DNA of 64,000 nucleotides from Chlorokybus atmophyticus (GCA_009103225.1 RHPI01001517.1:136505-200504), one strand, 5' to 3'; shown: positions 32,609-52,114, numbered from the stretch's first letter. Notes: generated by a model from the sequence alone, not told the origin. Program-made: numbers and translations.

Positions 32609-35426
32609 TCAATGCCCATTGGCCACCCCATTCGACAACACCCCGTTCGACTCCGCCACCTGCTTCTTCCTGTTCCCGACCCACAACGCGGACTGAGGCG
32701 GTGGCGCGGGAGACGTGCCTGACGCGGCTGAGGGATCATCCGCATCCCGTGTCAAGAGCTCGGATATGCGCTTGGCAGCCTACACGGACATTGCATGTGT
32801 TATACACATGTCCACACGAATACATGGATACACATATACCAGCACGTCATGCATGCTGCCTTTACACTTGCATCCGTGCGCGTGATGACTTCTGCGCGTA
32901 TGTTGCATGCCGTGACAGCTGGACAGCCTATAGACTTGGACCGCATGTTCGTGCGTGCGTGTGCACGATTGTGTAGTGCTCATAGTGTGCCCACATAGGT
33001 TGTTCCAACACACAATTTTCACCTCGTTGAGGCTCACCTCTGGCTCTTTGACCCACGTGTGGTAGAACTTGAGTGGGCACGCGGCGAGACCGCCCGGCTC
33101 GGAGGTGTACCCGCGGTGCGTGAGGTTGTAGAGGTGGTTCTCGGCGGTCCAGTTGCGACGCGCATCGCGCAACGCCGTCAAGCTCAAGGTGGCATACCTA
33201 GGAGGAAACATGTGTTATGTTGGGACAGTATCTCATGCAGTCACACGCACACACGCACATCCACTGTTGCACAAGCACACTGACACACAAAGATACATGC
33301 GCGCGCACGCACACGCACGCTACTTAGCCCTGCGCACACGTACACGTGCGCGCATGCACAGAGACACGCAATCGTGTAGCCATACACGTACACCATCCGC
33401 TTGCACCCATAATGCACGCACCCACGCGCACACATACTTGCACACGCACGCGAATTCACAAGCATTCTGTTTCACAAAGACATACATACATCACACTTAC
33501 GTGCACGCATTCTCGTCCGAGCCAGCTTCAGCAAGCACGCTCCCGTCGAAGTCCACGATGTTGCTGTGTCCAAAGTACGAGTACGCCAGGTCGGACCCCG
33601 TCATGTTGGCCACCGCGAAATAACACGTGTTCTCCCAGGCGCGGACGCGGGAGATGAGGCGCTGCTGCTCCACGGAGGGGTACATGTAGCCCTGAGTGGG
33701 GGGTGAGTATGGAGGTGTGAGTGGAGTGGAGATGCATTGACACAAATCTACTCTTCCTTACTTGGATGCGGACGATGAGCTCTGCGCCTTGCATGGCGAT
33801 GTCGCGGACGAGTTCGGGCATGTTGCAGTCGTAACAGATGGTCCCGCCTGCGCACACGTGCGCGCTTGTGTGTGCGTGTGTGTGTGCGCGCGCGAGAGCG
33901 CGCGCATGTAAGTTTATGCTTGTGCACGTTCATGTAATTACGTATGTAAATGCGTGTGTACTTGTTTGTACGCGTGCACTGGGCTGCTTGTTCAACTGGT
34001 AGTGTACGACCCAACATACACACCAGTCGCATGTGTATATGGGTCCTGCATGCTTTCAGACTGTGCGCTTGCTTGCTTACCTATGATGATTCCCTTTGGT
34101 CCCTCGCACACGCTTGTGCTGTTGCCTGCAGTCCAGGGCTCCTTAGGCACCCACGGAAACACCTTGCGGTATCTGGATGTGCGCAGGTGGTTCATAGCAT
34201 GATCAAGATTAAATATTGAAACACAAAACTGTATGCGCGTGTGTGTGCGCAGGTACGCAAGTCCGCACACATGCACGCGCGCACGCACCATTTTGCACGC
34301 GCACACATGCACACGGACAAGCATACGGCCAAGCCTGCGCACACAGGCCGCACATACACACATGCACGTACACGCGACAATTAAAAACCGACACTGCGAT
34401 ACAGACATTGACTCACGTGTACACGTGTTCGCCCTTGTCGTCGATCATCACCAGCGTGTTGTACGGGTTCTTGCCTTCCGGGTGCGCTTCACCAGTGAGG
34501 CTGAATATGCCCCAGACCTGACCACACACAGGTGCTGTTCACCCCACTCACGCACACGCACACGCACACGCACGCATACAGATTCTCAACATGCCCTGTA
34601 CCTTGTTGTCTGCGCATGCCTGGCTGAAGATGCGCATCTCCTGGCCGTCGAGTGTTGTGGTGAAGTCCGCCCATTTGAACGGGTGGAAGCCCTGACAAAC
34701 ACTTATCAGCAGCTGTGTTGGGTGTATGATCAACTTCAGAAGTCGGGCTGCACACACGCATGCGCACACGCAATGTGCACATAACACACATGCTCATGCA
34801 CGCGCACACGTACACAGTCACTCAGTTGTACGCATACGCACACTCGCAAATTGCGCGCCCACAAGCACACGCAGACACTTACGGGTCCACCCGTATATGC
34901 ACTGGTCCGCATGTGCGCACGCAAGCTGCGTCACTCACCTGCGTGGAGTACTCTGGGAAGATGATGAGGTCCAAGCCAGGATAGGCACGCTTCGCGCACG
35001 CCACCTGTTTGGGAGGGTGAGGTTGTTGTTCCAATGAGCCTCGCACACATCTTGTACGCGATGCAATGTGCACACTGTCTTGGTAATACCACCATCATCC
35101 GATACCATGCATGCATGGCTGCTCCACTTAACAAGGTAAGAACATCAATTAAACACTCGGCCTGAGTCGGGCACTCGCCTCACCTTGCTGGCAATGCTGT
35201 GGCAATTGGCTATCACATCCTCTTTGGACTCGCACACAGGCACTTTGTAGTTCACCTGCATGCAAATAATGCACACACAGAGGTCACTGACTCACTCACT
35301 CACTCACCCACATCAAGCGCATAAGACAGGTTTCAGCACACTTGGTCTGATGAGTCACAGCTTGCGCTCTCTTACCACGGCGACGCCGACGGCGTCCGCT
35401 GAGGAGGAGATGGACCCGATCGGCAT
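32609..35426 (-). CDS. Aliphatic amidase / formamidase (nitrilase superfamily, AmiE-like), 10 exons, ~359 aa
   Basis: Exons 35376-35426, 35184-35255, 34939-35004, 34602-34691, 34417-34517, 34081-34172, 33762-33847, 33501-33691, 33038-33197, 32609-32779, all in phase. E-K-C triad (FPEY, YRK, ICYD); VGVAVVNYKVP, QGYMYP, YSYFGHS. Confidence 0.93.
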
Positions 35427-36003
35427 GGAGGACAAGGACGATGACCAGGACAACGACTACGAAGACGGCGGCGGCGAGGACGGTGAGGACGGCGAGGATG
35501 CTGACGGCAGGAACGGCAGTGACAAACACTTCAAGGCAGGAGCTTGTTGAAGCTTACGTTGTTCTACTAACGTGCTCTGAAGGATACTACCGTAATTATT
35601 AGACCATCCAGCAAGCAGAGGCGACGTACGTTAGCTTGCAGAAACGTGATAAAGGTTTTATTACGAGTATTGCGAGCTCGAAAGGGCACAGTGCTGTTGT
35701 CGTCTGCGCAGTCTGGGCAAACACACAAGGCACCTCGTAGAGTAGAACGACTCTACTCAGACGCAAGGACTTCAAGTCGGGTTTCAGCGTGCACAAGCCT
35801 CGGCGTTGGCGGCTTCCACCCACAGCGTTAGAAGATGTGGCTTCACGGTAGTGATGATGAGCTGTGTACCGTGCGGTGATAGTCGAGTCGATATGCTTTT
35901 TGTGTAACACTAATGACTTTTACTTCACTTTGAGCTCTGGCGAGCTAATCCGTCGTCGCAATCCAGTCTTGCTGTGCATTAATTCATGTCGGATGTCTGT
36001 TGA

Positions 36004-36005
<2 letters not shown>

Positions 36006-36057
<52 letters not shown>

Positions 36058-36058
36058 N

Positions 36059-36090
<32 letters not shown>
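36006..36090. repeat. (GA)n microsatellite
   Basis: Direct reading. Confidence 0.95.
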
Positions 36091-36094
<4 letters not shown>

Positions 36095-36186
36095 CTCCCA
36101 CTTCCCACACATGCACCCCAACCTCCACAACTTTTACTCCAAACACGCCCCACCATCCCTCTCACAATATCTCAAGCGTCCTAGAC

Positions 36187-42451
<6,265 letters not shown>

Positions 42452-42976
42452 CCCCTGCGACGCTAGCGCGAGGGAGGGGCGTTTGGGGCCGGTGATCAAA
42501 GGGGCGTCGCGGCGCTGGACGACCAGTGATGACAATGAAGCCATTGTTGGGGAGTCTGAATAGATCAGATTGCAATAGGGGTATGGCTGGTGGTGGTGTG
42601 GCTAGGGGATCTGACTAGAGATCAGTGTGTTGGTCTAACTCGTGATGTGCTCCAGGCGTAGTCAGTCAGTGAAGGAGTCTTGGGGATAGCCGCTTGTAGC
42701 AACGCTACGGCGCAGGAGTCAAGTGAAGTGTTTTCTTTCTGTCTGTTTTATCTCTTTTGATATCGCGTCGACAAGGTATAGATCAGCAGCACATACTACC
42801 TGTGCTGCTGATCTGTGCGTTATCAGTGCATTCTAACCACACTACTGACTAGTACATTGGTAGGTCTGATTGTGAGCACGCACAACAACACACAGCGCTG
42901 CGTCTATCTAGCCGTGGGTGACGTGGCCTAGTTCGGACGGACTCCCCAGTCTGGCCTACTCTAGGCCTGATCCCAT

Positions 42977-43006
42977 GCCTGGCCTGGCCTGGCCTGGCCT
43001 GGCCTC
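42977..43006. repeat. (GCCTG)n pentamer repeat in a divergent intergenic region
   Basis: GCCTGGCCTGGCCTGGCCTGGCCTGGCCTC. Confidence 0.85.
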
Positions 43007-43665
43007 GTATGATATCAGCAACTCGCACAGTACTACTTGCCGTTTTAGGTCAGATGCTGCCAAGCAAGGCTGAATCACGTGACTGTGAACACTCGTCCCA
43101 AGTCGCCGCATACCAGTTTCCGACTACGGCAGTATATGCGGCAGCCCGGGGTGCTTCGCCATGCACATGTCGTTGGCAGCGGCGGGTGACGGCGACGGCG
43201 ACGGCGGCGTAGGCGATATTGGATTACCAAGTAGCCTAAAGAGCTGTTTGTGATGTCGAATGGAAAGCGCCGGTCCGCATGTTGTCCTGCTGCTGATAAG
43301 GTGTGAGCGATAGTCTTTCTGTTGTGCACAGGTGTGTATGATTCCATGCTTGCTGCAATCTGCATGGTAGTCATGTCTGACATGTAATTTTTCTACCAGT
43401 TCAAGCCTCTCATGCTGGGGTTTTTTTTCCCAAGTGCACGGGCATGACACAACAACAGGTGCACTTGAGCTGTTCGCTTTGACCTGCCAAGATTTTCTCA
43501 TGCGCTGTGCAGCACACATGCACTTTGGGGAAGGTAGTAAATGTTCTTACAAGCAATTCACATTTCTCCCCCTGTGCAGGAGAGGAGCAGAAAGCATTGT
43601 GACTGACATAAGCAAGGGATTGAGAGAGTGTTGATACGACAGCAACACAACAGCAATAACAAACA

Positions 43666-45304
43666 ATGCACCACAACAAACAAAAAGCTCACTCGCGCAC
43701 CCTTTCCCTTTACAAGCACTGGCCTGCTCTTATAGCCCTGGCAGGCGCATTTACTCTTGGCTTCATACTTGGCGGTGGCACGATATCCACACCATCTAGC
43801 GCTCTATCTCTATCCTCCCTCCCTCCTCCTACACACGGCAGAACTATCATTGATGACAGCGCCACCGCCGATATCACCGACCCGGCACTGGCCCATGCCT
43901 TGGAAAAATATGCATCAGATGGCAGGGAGATTATGTTGGCTTTGGCTGACGGGGTGATGTTGTGTCGGAACGCCACGTTGTGTTGGTGGAACGGAGGCAA
44001 TATATTAGCCACGTGGGTCGAGGAGGTGAAGAGGGTGGGTGTGGGGAATTATGTTGTCGCGGTGTTGGATGATGAGACAGAGAGGTATTGCAAACAAGAA
44101 GGGGTAAATTATTTTAGAGCGAAGGTGGAGATACCCGCCTCGCAGAAGGGAACGCACCCAGCTAATAGAGTGTCTACGGTGAAGTATTCGCTCCTGACTC
44201 AGGTATATATGCTTGTTGAATGCACCAGTCATCTGTGAAGTAGGTGCGTGTGCATGCATGTGCGTGTCCACGCTTGCGTGCTGAACAGTCTCAAGCCTCT
44301 ATGTACATGTGTGTGCGTATGTGTGTGCGTGTGCGCGCGCGTATGCGGGTGGGTGGGCGGGCGTTTTTCGTTTTCTTGTTAACATGTTTGCGTGCAGATG
44401 CTGCAACTTGGGTACTCTGTCCTGTTGGTGGACATGGACCTGGTCTTCTTCAAGGTACTCTCTCAAATCATGTAGTTGGCAATATTACTCTCGGTGCCGA
44501 TGTTGTTGTTGTTGCTACTGTTGCAGAATCCGTTTGAGTACCTGCATCGAGATGCGGACGTGGAGGTGCAGACGGACGGTTTTGACGGCGTGGCGTATGG
44601 TGCTGTGGATGGCATCACCGATAAGACAATGGGATGGGGAGGTGGCGGCCTCTTCATCAAGACCTTCACGTAAGCAGTGCACGTTGTAGTTAACATCATC
44701 GTTGTCATGTTGTCATTTCGTCATCATCATCATCAGCAGCAGCAGCCAACCTAGTAATGGTTGGTTGTCTCAGGGTCAATGTTGGTTGCATGTTTGTGCG
44801 ACCCACTGCGCCGGCGCTCTCACTTGTCCAAAGAGTAGCAAAGCGCCTGTCTGAGCGCCCTGCTTGGGACCAACAGGTGAACCGTGATCTAGATTGCATC
44901 ATGTTCAATGCTTTGTTATCAATGCACTTTCTCTTCATAGGTGTTCAATGAGATCCTTATGTTTCCCTCCCATGGCGAGTACGCCTCCCCCGGTGCTAGT
45001 CTTCGAGTACTTGACTACATGCTGTTCATGAACTCAAAGATCTATTTTCGCACTCTTCGCGGGCGTTTTCTTCCTGCAGCCACCGCTCCCGAAACCCAAC
45101 CACCTGTCATGGTAAGTAGTGACGACTATGAAGGTGTTCGATGGTCGCTTTGTTGTGTTGATGATGTGTATGTGTGCTTAGGTGCATATGAACTACCATC
45201 CCGACAAGCACAAGAGGATGTTGTGTCTCATAGATAGGTACGTGCATGGCAAAGTAGATGCCTGCGACAACTTTCCGGGAGGGTCAGAGCCCGGGACGCG
45301 ATAG
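43666..45304 (+). CDS. RRA: GT77 nucleotide-diphospho-sugar transferase, RRA-type arabinosyltransferase, 6 exons
   Basis: Type II membrane anchor; VAVLDD; [34 protein letters not shown] (DxD); WDQQVFNE; MNSK; VHMNYHPDK...FPGGSE. Confidence 0.88.
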
Positions 45305-47499
45305 TGATAATACAAGTCATGAAATGGAGTGACACGTGTATGTTTCGTTTTGCATGTGTTGCAAATGGTTTTACAAATAAGAACTCGTTGTGTGTGTATT
45401 GCATCATTTGTCAGTATTAAAACTTTGAATAGTGTTTGAATTGCTACCCAATGGTCCTTGCAGCATGCGCGTTCCTGTACAATTGTTCACAATATACATT
45501 CAACAGCATAGTGCATGCAAAGTAGATAAAGAGTATGCAAATTAGCATGGCAAGTTCTACAATTTGGTTGGGGGGTGCAGCTGTCAACTTCTTAAACATA
45601 ACTCAAGCTACTTAACCCACCACTACACTATGTGTGCACGCATATGCGTGCAGTAGTGGAAGCAAGGTGAGGCTAAGGACATGGACAAGTGGACCACTTG
45701 CAGCGTTGGAGGCAGCGCGCGTGAGTCCCACTGCTGCTTGGCGCCCCCCCCNNNNNNNNNNNNNNNNNNNNNNNNNNNNNNNNNNNNNNNNNNNNNNNNN
45801 NNNNNNNNNNNNNNNNNNNNNNNNNNNNNNNNNNNNNNNNNNNNNNNNNNNNNNNNNNNNNNNNNNNNNNNNNNNNNNNNNNNNNNNNNNNNNNNNNNNN
45901 NNNNNNNNNNNNNNNNNNNNNNNNNNNNNNNNNNNNNNNNNNNNNNNNNNNNNNNNNNNNNNNNNNNNNNNNNNNNNNNNNNNNNNNNNNNNNNNNNNNN
46001 NNNNNNNNNNNNNNNNNNNNNNNNNNNNNNNNNNNNNNNNNNNNNNNNNNNNNNNNNNNNNNNNNNNNNNNCCCAACAAACACACTGACCCCCGTCGCCG
46101 TTACCAACCTCTGACACAATACGATTACGCTGCCCCACATAGGGTATCGTCGGCATTAGGGCTACATATTGATATAAAGCGATGGCTATTGAAAGTTTAT
46201 TGCTTGCGAAATGATATCAATCAAGGCTAGCCCATTGTGGTATTGCGGTTGTTGATGTTGTTTAATAATCATCATAATAATCAACAATGTTGCTCACATT
46301 TAATCGTGTACATGTATAATGTATGACTCACATTTATATTGCAAGGTGATCTCGCAGTTGCAACATTCGATGTCAACAAGTACATATACAGCACATATAC
46401 ATTGTTATAGCTCAACATTAAACGCATGACCTTTATACAACAACAACAACACATTGAACCAAGTGCAATTTCAACCAAGTAATATCTCACGCAGCTTTTG
46501 TACAATGGCCCATATCATCGGCCCTACAAACCTCGAATCATAGTATGACTACCGTAGTCATAAAATGGTTGCACAGCTCGGCAAGCTATGCATCGAGTAC
46601 AAACCTTGTGTTTCTCGTGATACAAGCACTTACACTTTTTCATGTTGTGAGTTTCGCGAAAACAAAAACTGTTGTTCGCATGAGATGACATTCACTCACA
46701 TGTATAAGCTATAAAGGAATAAATCTTGCGTTGAAACAGTTGTGCTTTTTATCAAACACCAATTGCTTTTATACATGTATATGTGAGGCTTTAGCAATAA
46801 ACATGTTTGATTGGTTTGAGTACATGCATGCAGCACAGTTTAAAGGGACATTTTTTGCAAATGGCTTGGGCCTCCGAGAGTTATTTTAACATGCTGTGGA
46901 AAAGATCAAGATATCTATATCCATAAAATCATAAGCATCAGCCTTACAGCATGATATTACCCTTAATATACACTTTTCATATTTCGTGGTCTAATCATTG
47001 CGTGCCAACATAGCGACACTGTTGGCATGTAATGCAATTGTCGCAAGGGAAATACTTGAAGCAAATCCGCGTGAACACCTATCACTCTTGAACACCACAT
47101 ATTATTTATAATAACATGTGTTGACGTGGTACATTTTCAATTATTGAGCTGAACAAAGGTGATGTGCTGTAAGCCCCAGTAAAGTTCCCACATTTTGACC
47201 ATTATGCAGGTAGCTTATGTGGTGTCACCCTAGTCTCATAACTCTGTTGTTCATGCACTTAACATGTAGTTTATGATATACAGGCAGCTTGAATGATCGT
47301 TGCATATACTGTAGATTTGTGCCTTACACAAACTCAACCTACCATATGTATGAATCTCGTTCGCTCGATGTACATGTATTCAGCCTTGTTATTTGCATGA
47401 TAAGAAAACTACCATGCCCCATGAATTGCCACATAGTGTACATATGGTGTAGTAACGCAACCGGAACGCAAGTATAACACGTGAAGATAAAAGTTAATT

Positions 47500-50030
47500 T
47501 GGGGACATATAAGGTTTTAACTTGGGTCCACAATAAAAGTTGGGGCTTGAAAAACGTTGAGGTAAATTCTTTAATACTGATATGCAAATTACAATTCCCA
47601 TGTTTTATAATAATACTACTATGCTTATTTGCCGCCCCACAAGTTTCCCCTCGTTTCCCCACCAAAAACTGCCTGAAATGAATGCATAATTCAGCAAAGT
47701 TATCTGTTCACTATCTGCCAGGTCGGTCATCATCCGTAAAAACCGGTGTAACTTATGGTCACCAAAGGTGTTGTGATTATTGATGTTGATTGTCTGTGAC
47801 CAACGTTTCGTTTGTAGCTTGCACACTGTGCAAGCTAGGGTACCATCTTGTGCAAATTGTACTTCATTATATATACATCTCGAGGATTATTACATCAAAA
47901 CTATCCCTCCGGATTGAACGATACGCATATAAATGTTGGCATTTAATGATAGAATGAAGTGCTTTTCTATAATACTTGCCATCCATGACGTTGTTAAGCT
48001 TGGAGCTATCATACCTTCAAATGGTCGGCATATAGTGCCATTACTGCCGCTCTTAATTACTTTACATGAATCTTTCATGCATGTTATCAATACATATACA
48101 AGTTGACTTTCGACAAATGCAGCAATAGTACTTCATGGAAAGTGCATCGGCGACGAGCAGGACCATGTCGTTTTTGCAGGGACCACATCACGCTTGGCCG
48201 TTTCGCATATTGCACATAGTCTTTCTTTGAATCAACGGTTAAAGCTCCTCTGTGGGTTTTAAAAACCCAACCGACGGGATGACCCCTAAAACATTTATGT
48301 TAAAGATTGTATAGGTCGTACGCATCTCAAAGCACAAGCGCGCTATTGGTGGGAATGCAGGTTGGATGCTGTGGTTTGTCCCTCCGCATACAAAATAAGC
48401 GACACATCCGCACAAGGTGATGTTCAATAAAGTGCGTAAGTGGCTGAGTTAAGTTGATCCAAAACCACGTGAAATTATCCACGTTAAGCGCAACACGCCG
48501 CATCACCAATGCCATCCAAGTACTGCGAGGTTTAAGCCTAGCTTCGAGGCCTAAACCTCGCAGTACTTTGGTGCGGCCCCTGGTTTGCGAGCAAACCTCA
48601 TGTGAGACTTTACGATAAATGACATGCATATGTCATGGTGTTTGTTGCATATACCAACAACGCCCACATCTACCTGTGCAGAGTTCGCATCAAGCCGCGG
48701 TTTTTGGTTTACCTCGCCATATGCATCAAATAGAACACGCAGCGCCTCGTCAACATGCGCGTCGGGGGATGGGAGGGATAAAAGCCCTTTTATAGCTAGC
48801 GGCTTGTTGTTTGAAAACCCATTAAAACATTGATTGCGTTAATGGGACGTGTCGTGCATCGCGTGTGCGGCAATTTCGTGAGGATATCCTCAAGGCACAA
48901 GCTGAGGGGGGAGGGGGCGCTATGGAAGGCGGCTTGTCGCTTTAAACACTTTGTAACATCAAAATCACGTGACTTTGCATCTCAACATTAAGACGTTAGC
49001 CTCATGCAAACTTATATGCATACTCAAGCGCCTTCAGCGATGGGAACTTTAGCTCTTCAGCCCATCAACAATTATCAAATATTAACAAACTCGACATTAT
49101 ACAATTGGGACACGCTCTGGGTGGCGACAACTCGCGCATTTGGTTACCTGCAGCTGCTTGCGACATAAAAACATTAAAACTATGCTCATATCCCAACGAC
49201 TTGAAGACGCTGCCATAGGAGCAATCATGTCCCATATCCCCCCCCCCCCCCCCCCCCCNATAATGATGTGTTATACATGACATTTTAAGGATGAGGTTAA
49301 TATTCTAGCTTACGTGTGTATATACTATGTCCATGTGTATTTTTTGTGTGGTCCATTTTGTAATGTTGATGTTGATGCGCCCACAGCTTAGCTAGTTAGC
49401 TTTGCCATACGTTGCATTAGATCGTAAAGATAAGAAGCTTGGTCGCAACAATCAAGCTTCTTGTGTTTGGGACGTAATGCTGAACTCGTTTACATATGTC
49501 ATAACGCTTGTTTAATGATGAAATAATGTAACATGCAATGGTCACACAGACAGTGCTTATGGTTACTGTGAGCAACACGTCTGTAAGTTATCACAACAGT
49601 TTACTTGCAGTGCAACTTATTCCATCGGTAGCTGAGCATTAATTGGAGATACAGGTAGGCACAAACACGTATGCGCTGAGCAATGGTAGCTACATGGCGG
49701 TTATTTTTATAAGCCTACATCATAGGAACCACTTGCCAAGGGAAACGCCGAGCTTGTAAGTAACCACCCGGTGCCATCACGTCCTTACTCCTTCAGGCGT
49801 GACCACGGTTTTCGCTGTTGACAACGGCAAACACCATAAAAGCTCTTTCGCGATAGCCGCGTTGCTGATACCGTTGATACCGTACAATTGCGGCAGGGCA
49901 ATGTTGAGTTCAACGTGAGACTCAACATGATTAATGGAGCAGCGGCGGATAAGTTTGATGAGGTCCTTGGCCCTGTTGGCGTCCACACGAACACGCAAAA
50001 CATTATGCCTTAAGCTTGTATGCATCTGCA
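47500..50030 (-). pseudogene. Scattered degraded coding-like segments in an AT-rich block, possibly an old DNA transposon
   Basis: Coding-looking stretches (RHNVLRVRVDANRAKDLIKLIRRC...; FSNNKPLAIKGLLSLPSPDAHVDEALRVLFDAYGE; NINVLGVIP...LVADA) broken by stops; no coherent model. Confidence 0.3.
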
Positions 50031-51348
50031 CTGCACCGTAACGATAAGAAGCTTGATCGCTGCGACCAAGCTATTTACCTTTGTCCATTACAACGCATCA
50101 AATTACATAGAAAATGTACTTTATTAAGACGATGATACTTGTTGTGATATGTGTACTACAAGGCATAGTATGTTGCTGCGGGTAATAAGCGGGTCAGCCT
50201 GCAAAAGGCCTTGTGTGCGGATGCAGACGATGGGCTTTACAGTTGTATGCGATTTAATACATATGTTTTACACGAGCTTCTCTCGCTTTTCAACTTTGCA
50301 AACGAGTCGCAAAAAGAGATTCGCTTGCAAGCGCATGCACATACACAGCAATACTCCCGCCAATTGTGCATATGCAGCATTTGAGGTGATGAGGTGGAGG
50401 GCGCACTCTGTCGCTTTGTTACGTTGGCCCGAATTGCATATGAAATCTCGAAAGATTTAATTCGTCCGACCTCGTGCTCAACAACACGTACCTCAACATG
50501 TATGTAGCCTTGTGAGATGTTGCAAATTGTATATCATGTATTCATTACATGATGTGTGACTTGCATAATTATGATGCGCCTTGCAAACAATAATGACAAA
50601 AATGACGTAAAAGGGATGACGCAAGGAGGAACGGGTAATGCACTATTTTTATGTTCCCTTATCTGTTGCAGATATATGTGATTGAATTTTATAGTTTATA
50701 TTTTATATATGCAACGAATACTGGATTTGTTGTTCATTCTTTGCACATCGTTCATCATCGTATACTAAGACTCAACAATTGGTAATAACTAGTTCCTTTC
50801 TTATTGAATGCACAATAGCGCTGGCAGTGATTGTGTGTTATTCAGTGTTTTATACAGTAATGTAGTGCACGTTGTAAAGACTTTTATATCATGGTCATCA
50901 TTGTAATAGAACAAATATATCTGTTGTGTATTACATCAAGAACCTTAGACTCTGCTAGAGTAAATGTCTCTAATCTTACCTAAATGAGGCAGTAGGCTTG
51001 TAAAGTATTTTCTTATCGATTTTTTTTTGCGATCATGTACACAACAATATTGTGTACCGGATGTAAGCTACACGCCCATCATTTTTTACACTTTTTTTAC
51101 ACCCATAGCGTTAGATATGACGCTACAAAGTAGCGTGTGTGTGAGGGATTGGCAAAAATGGCATGTACCGTAATTTTGGCCGACGCCAACCACTGCCAAA
51201 GGCTGTGGTTGGCGTCGGCGTGGGTGAGGGTAGCATTGCTGGCGGCTGCAGGCAGCGACGGTGTAACATATACAACATATACAACATACAACATATATGG
51301 TGTGGGACATAAATGAGGCATGTGGCTCCCCCTATGGCAGCGACTTTT

Positions 51349-51390
51349 GCTGCTGTAGCCTAGTGGTTAAGGCGCCAATGTTATAAGCGG
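51349..51390 (+). other. 5' half of a tRNA-like sequence
   Basis: GCTGCTGTAGCCTAGTGGTTAAGGCG with a box A and GCC/GGC D-stem; no box B follows. Confidence 0.35.
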
Positions 51391-51667
51391 TGTGTGGGGG
51401 GTGGGGGGGTGGGGGGAAGGGGGGCGGGAGGGCCACAGTGTGTGTTGCATGCATGCAAGTAGGCAAGCATATTGCATGGTGTACAAGGGTTTTCCTACGC
51501 TATAACTAGGCGCCTACTTGTGGCTTCTTGCGCTTGCGTGTCTCCACACGTAGGTGACGGAGTGGAGGGAGGGAGTCCACATTCATGTGCAACTTCAGCC
51601 AAACATATGCAACCTGTCTCTACCGCGTGCAGAGCTTGTTGCACCTTCAATAACATTTGCTTGCGTT

Positions 51668-52114
51668 TGTCACAGCCCACTCGACCATAAAAGACTTGGT
51701 GCTTTTATGGTCGATTTGTGGTTGTAGTTTAATGTACCTTCCCGTTACATCCCCCCCACTTAAGAACGCTGACGTCCTCGGCAGCTGGCTCCCATCAGCT
51801 GGGGAATCATCCCAGAGGTCTGATTAGGGTCGGTCACTGGCCCCACCGCCTAAGGACCGGCTAGTTTAGTCCTGCCGCGCCGACTGAACGCCGGCGCGAC
51901 TACCATTAGGCAAGTCGCGACCCCTCGATGATGGCACTTATGACCATTTACGACGTTACTGGATTGCGAAACAACGACCGCGGAATTCGTGTGCAAGGCA
52001 GGAATTGAACCCGGGTCTCAAGTTCCGATGACTAATGTCACAGCCCACTCGACCATAAAAGACTTGGTGCTTTTATAGTCGATTTGTGGTAATTTAATGT
52101 ACCTTCCCGTTACA
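51668..52114 (-). mobile_element. Complete TRIM (447 bp, non-autonomous LTR element)
   Basis: TG...CA LTRs 52036-52114 (79 bp) and 51668-51749 (82 bp), TSD GCGTT (51663-51667, 52115-52119), PPT AAGTGGGGGGGA (51750-51761), 286-bp non-coding interior. Confidence 0.95.

Noticed and set aside
51668-52114. Retrozyme (hammerhead-containing TRIM)
   Set aside because: No CUGANGA/GAAA core on either strand; the closest is CTGATGG.
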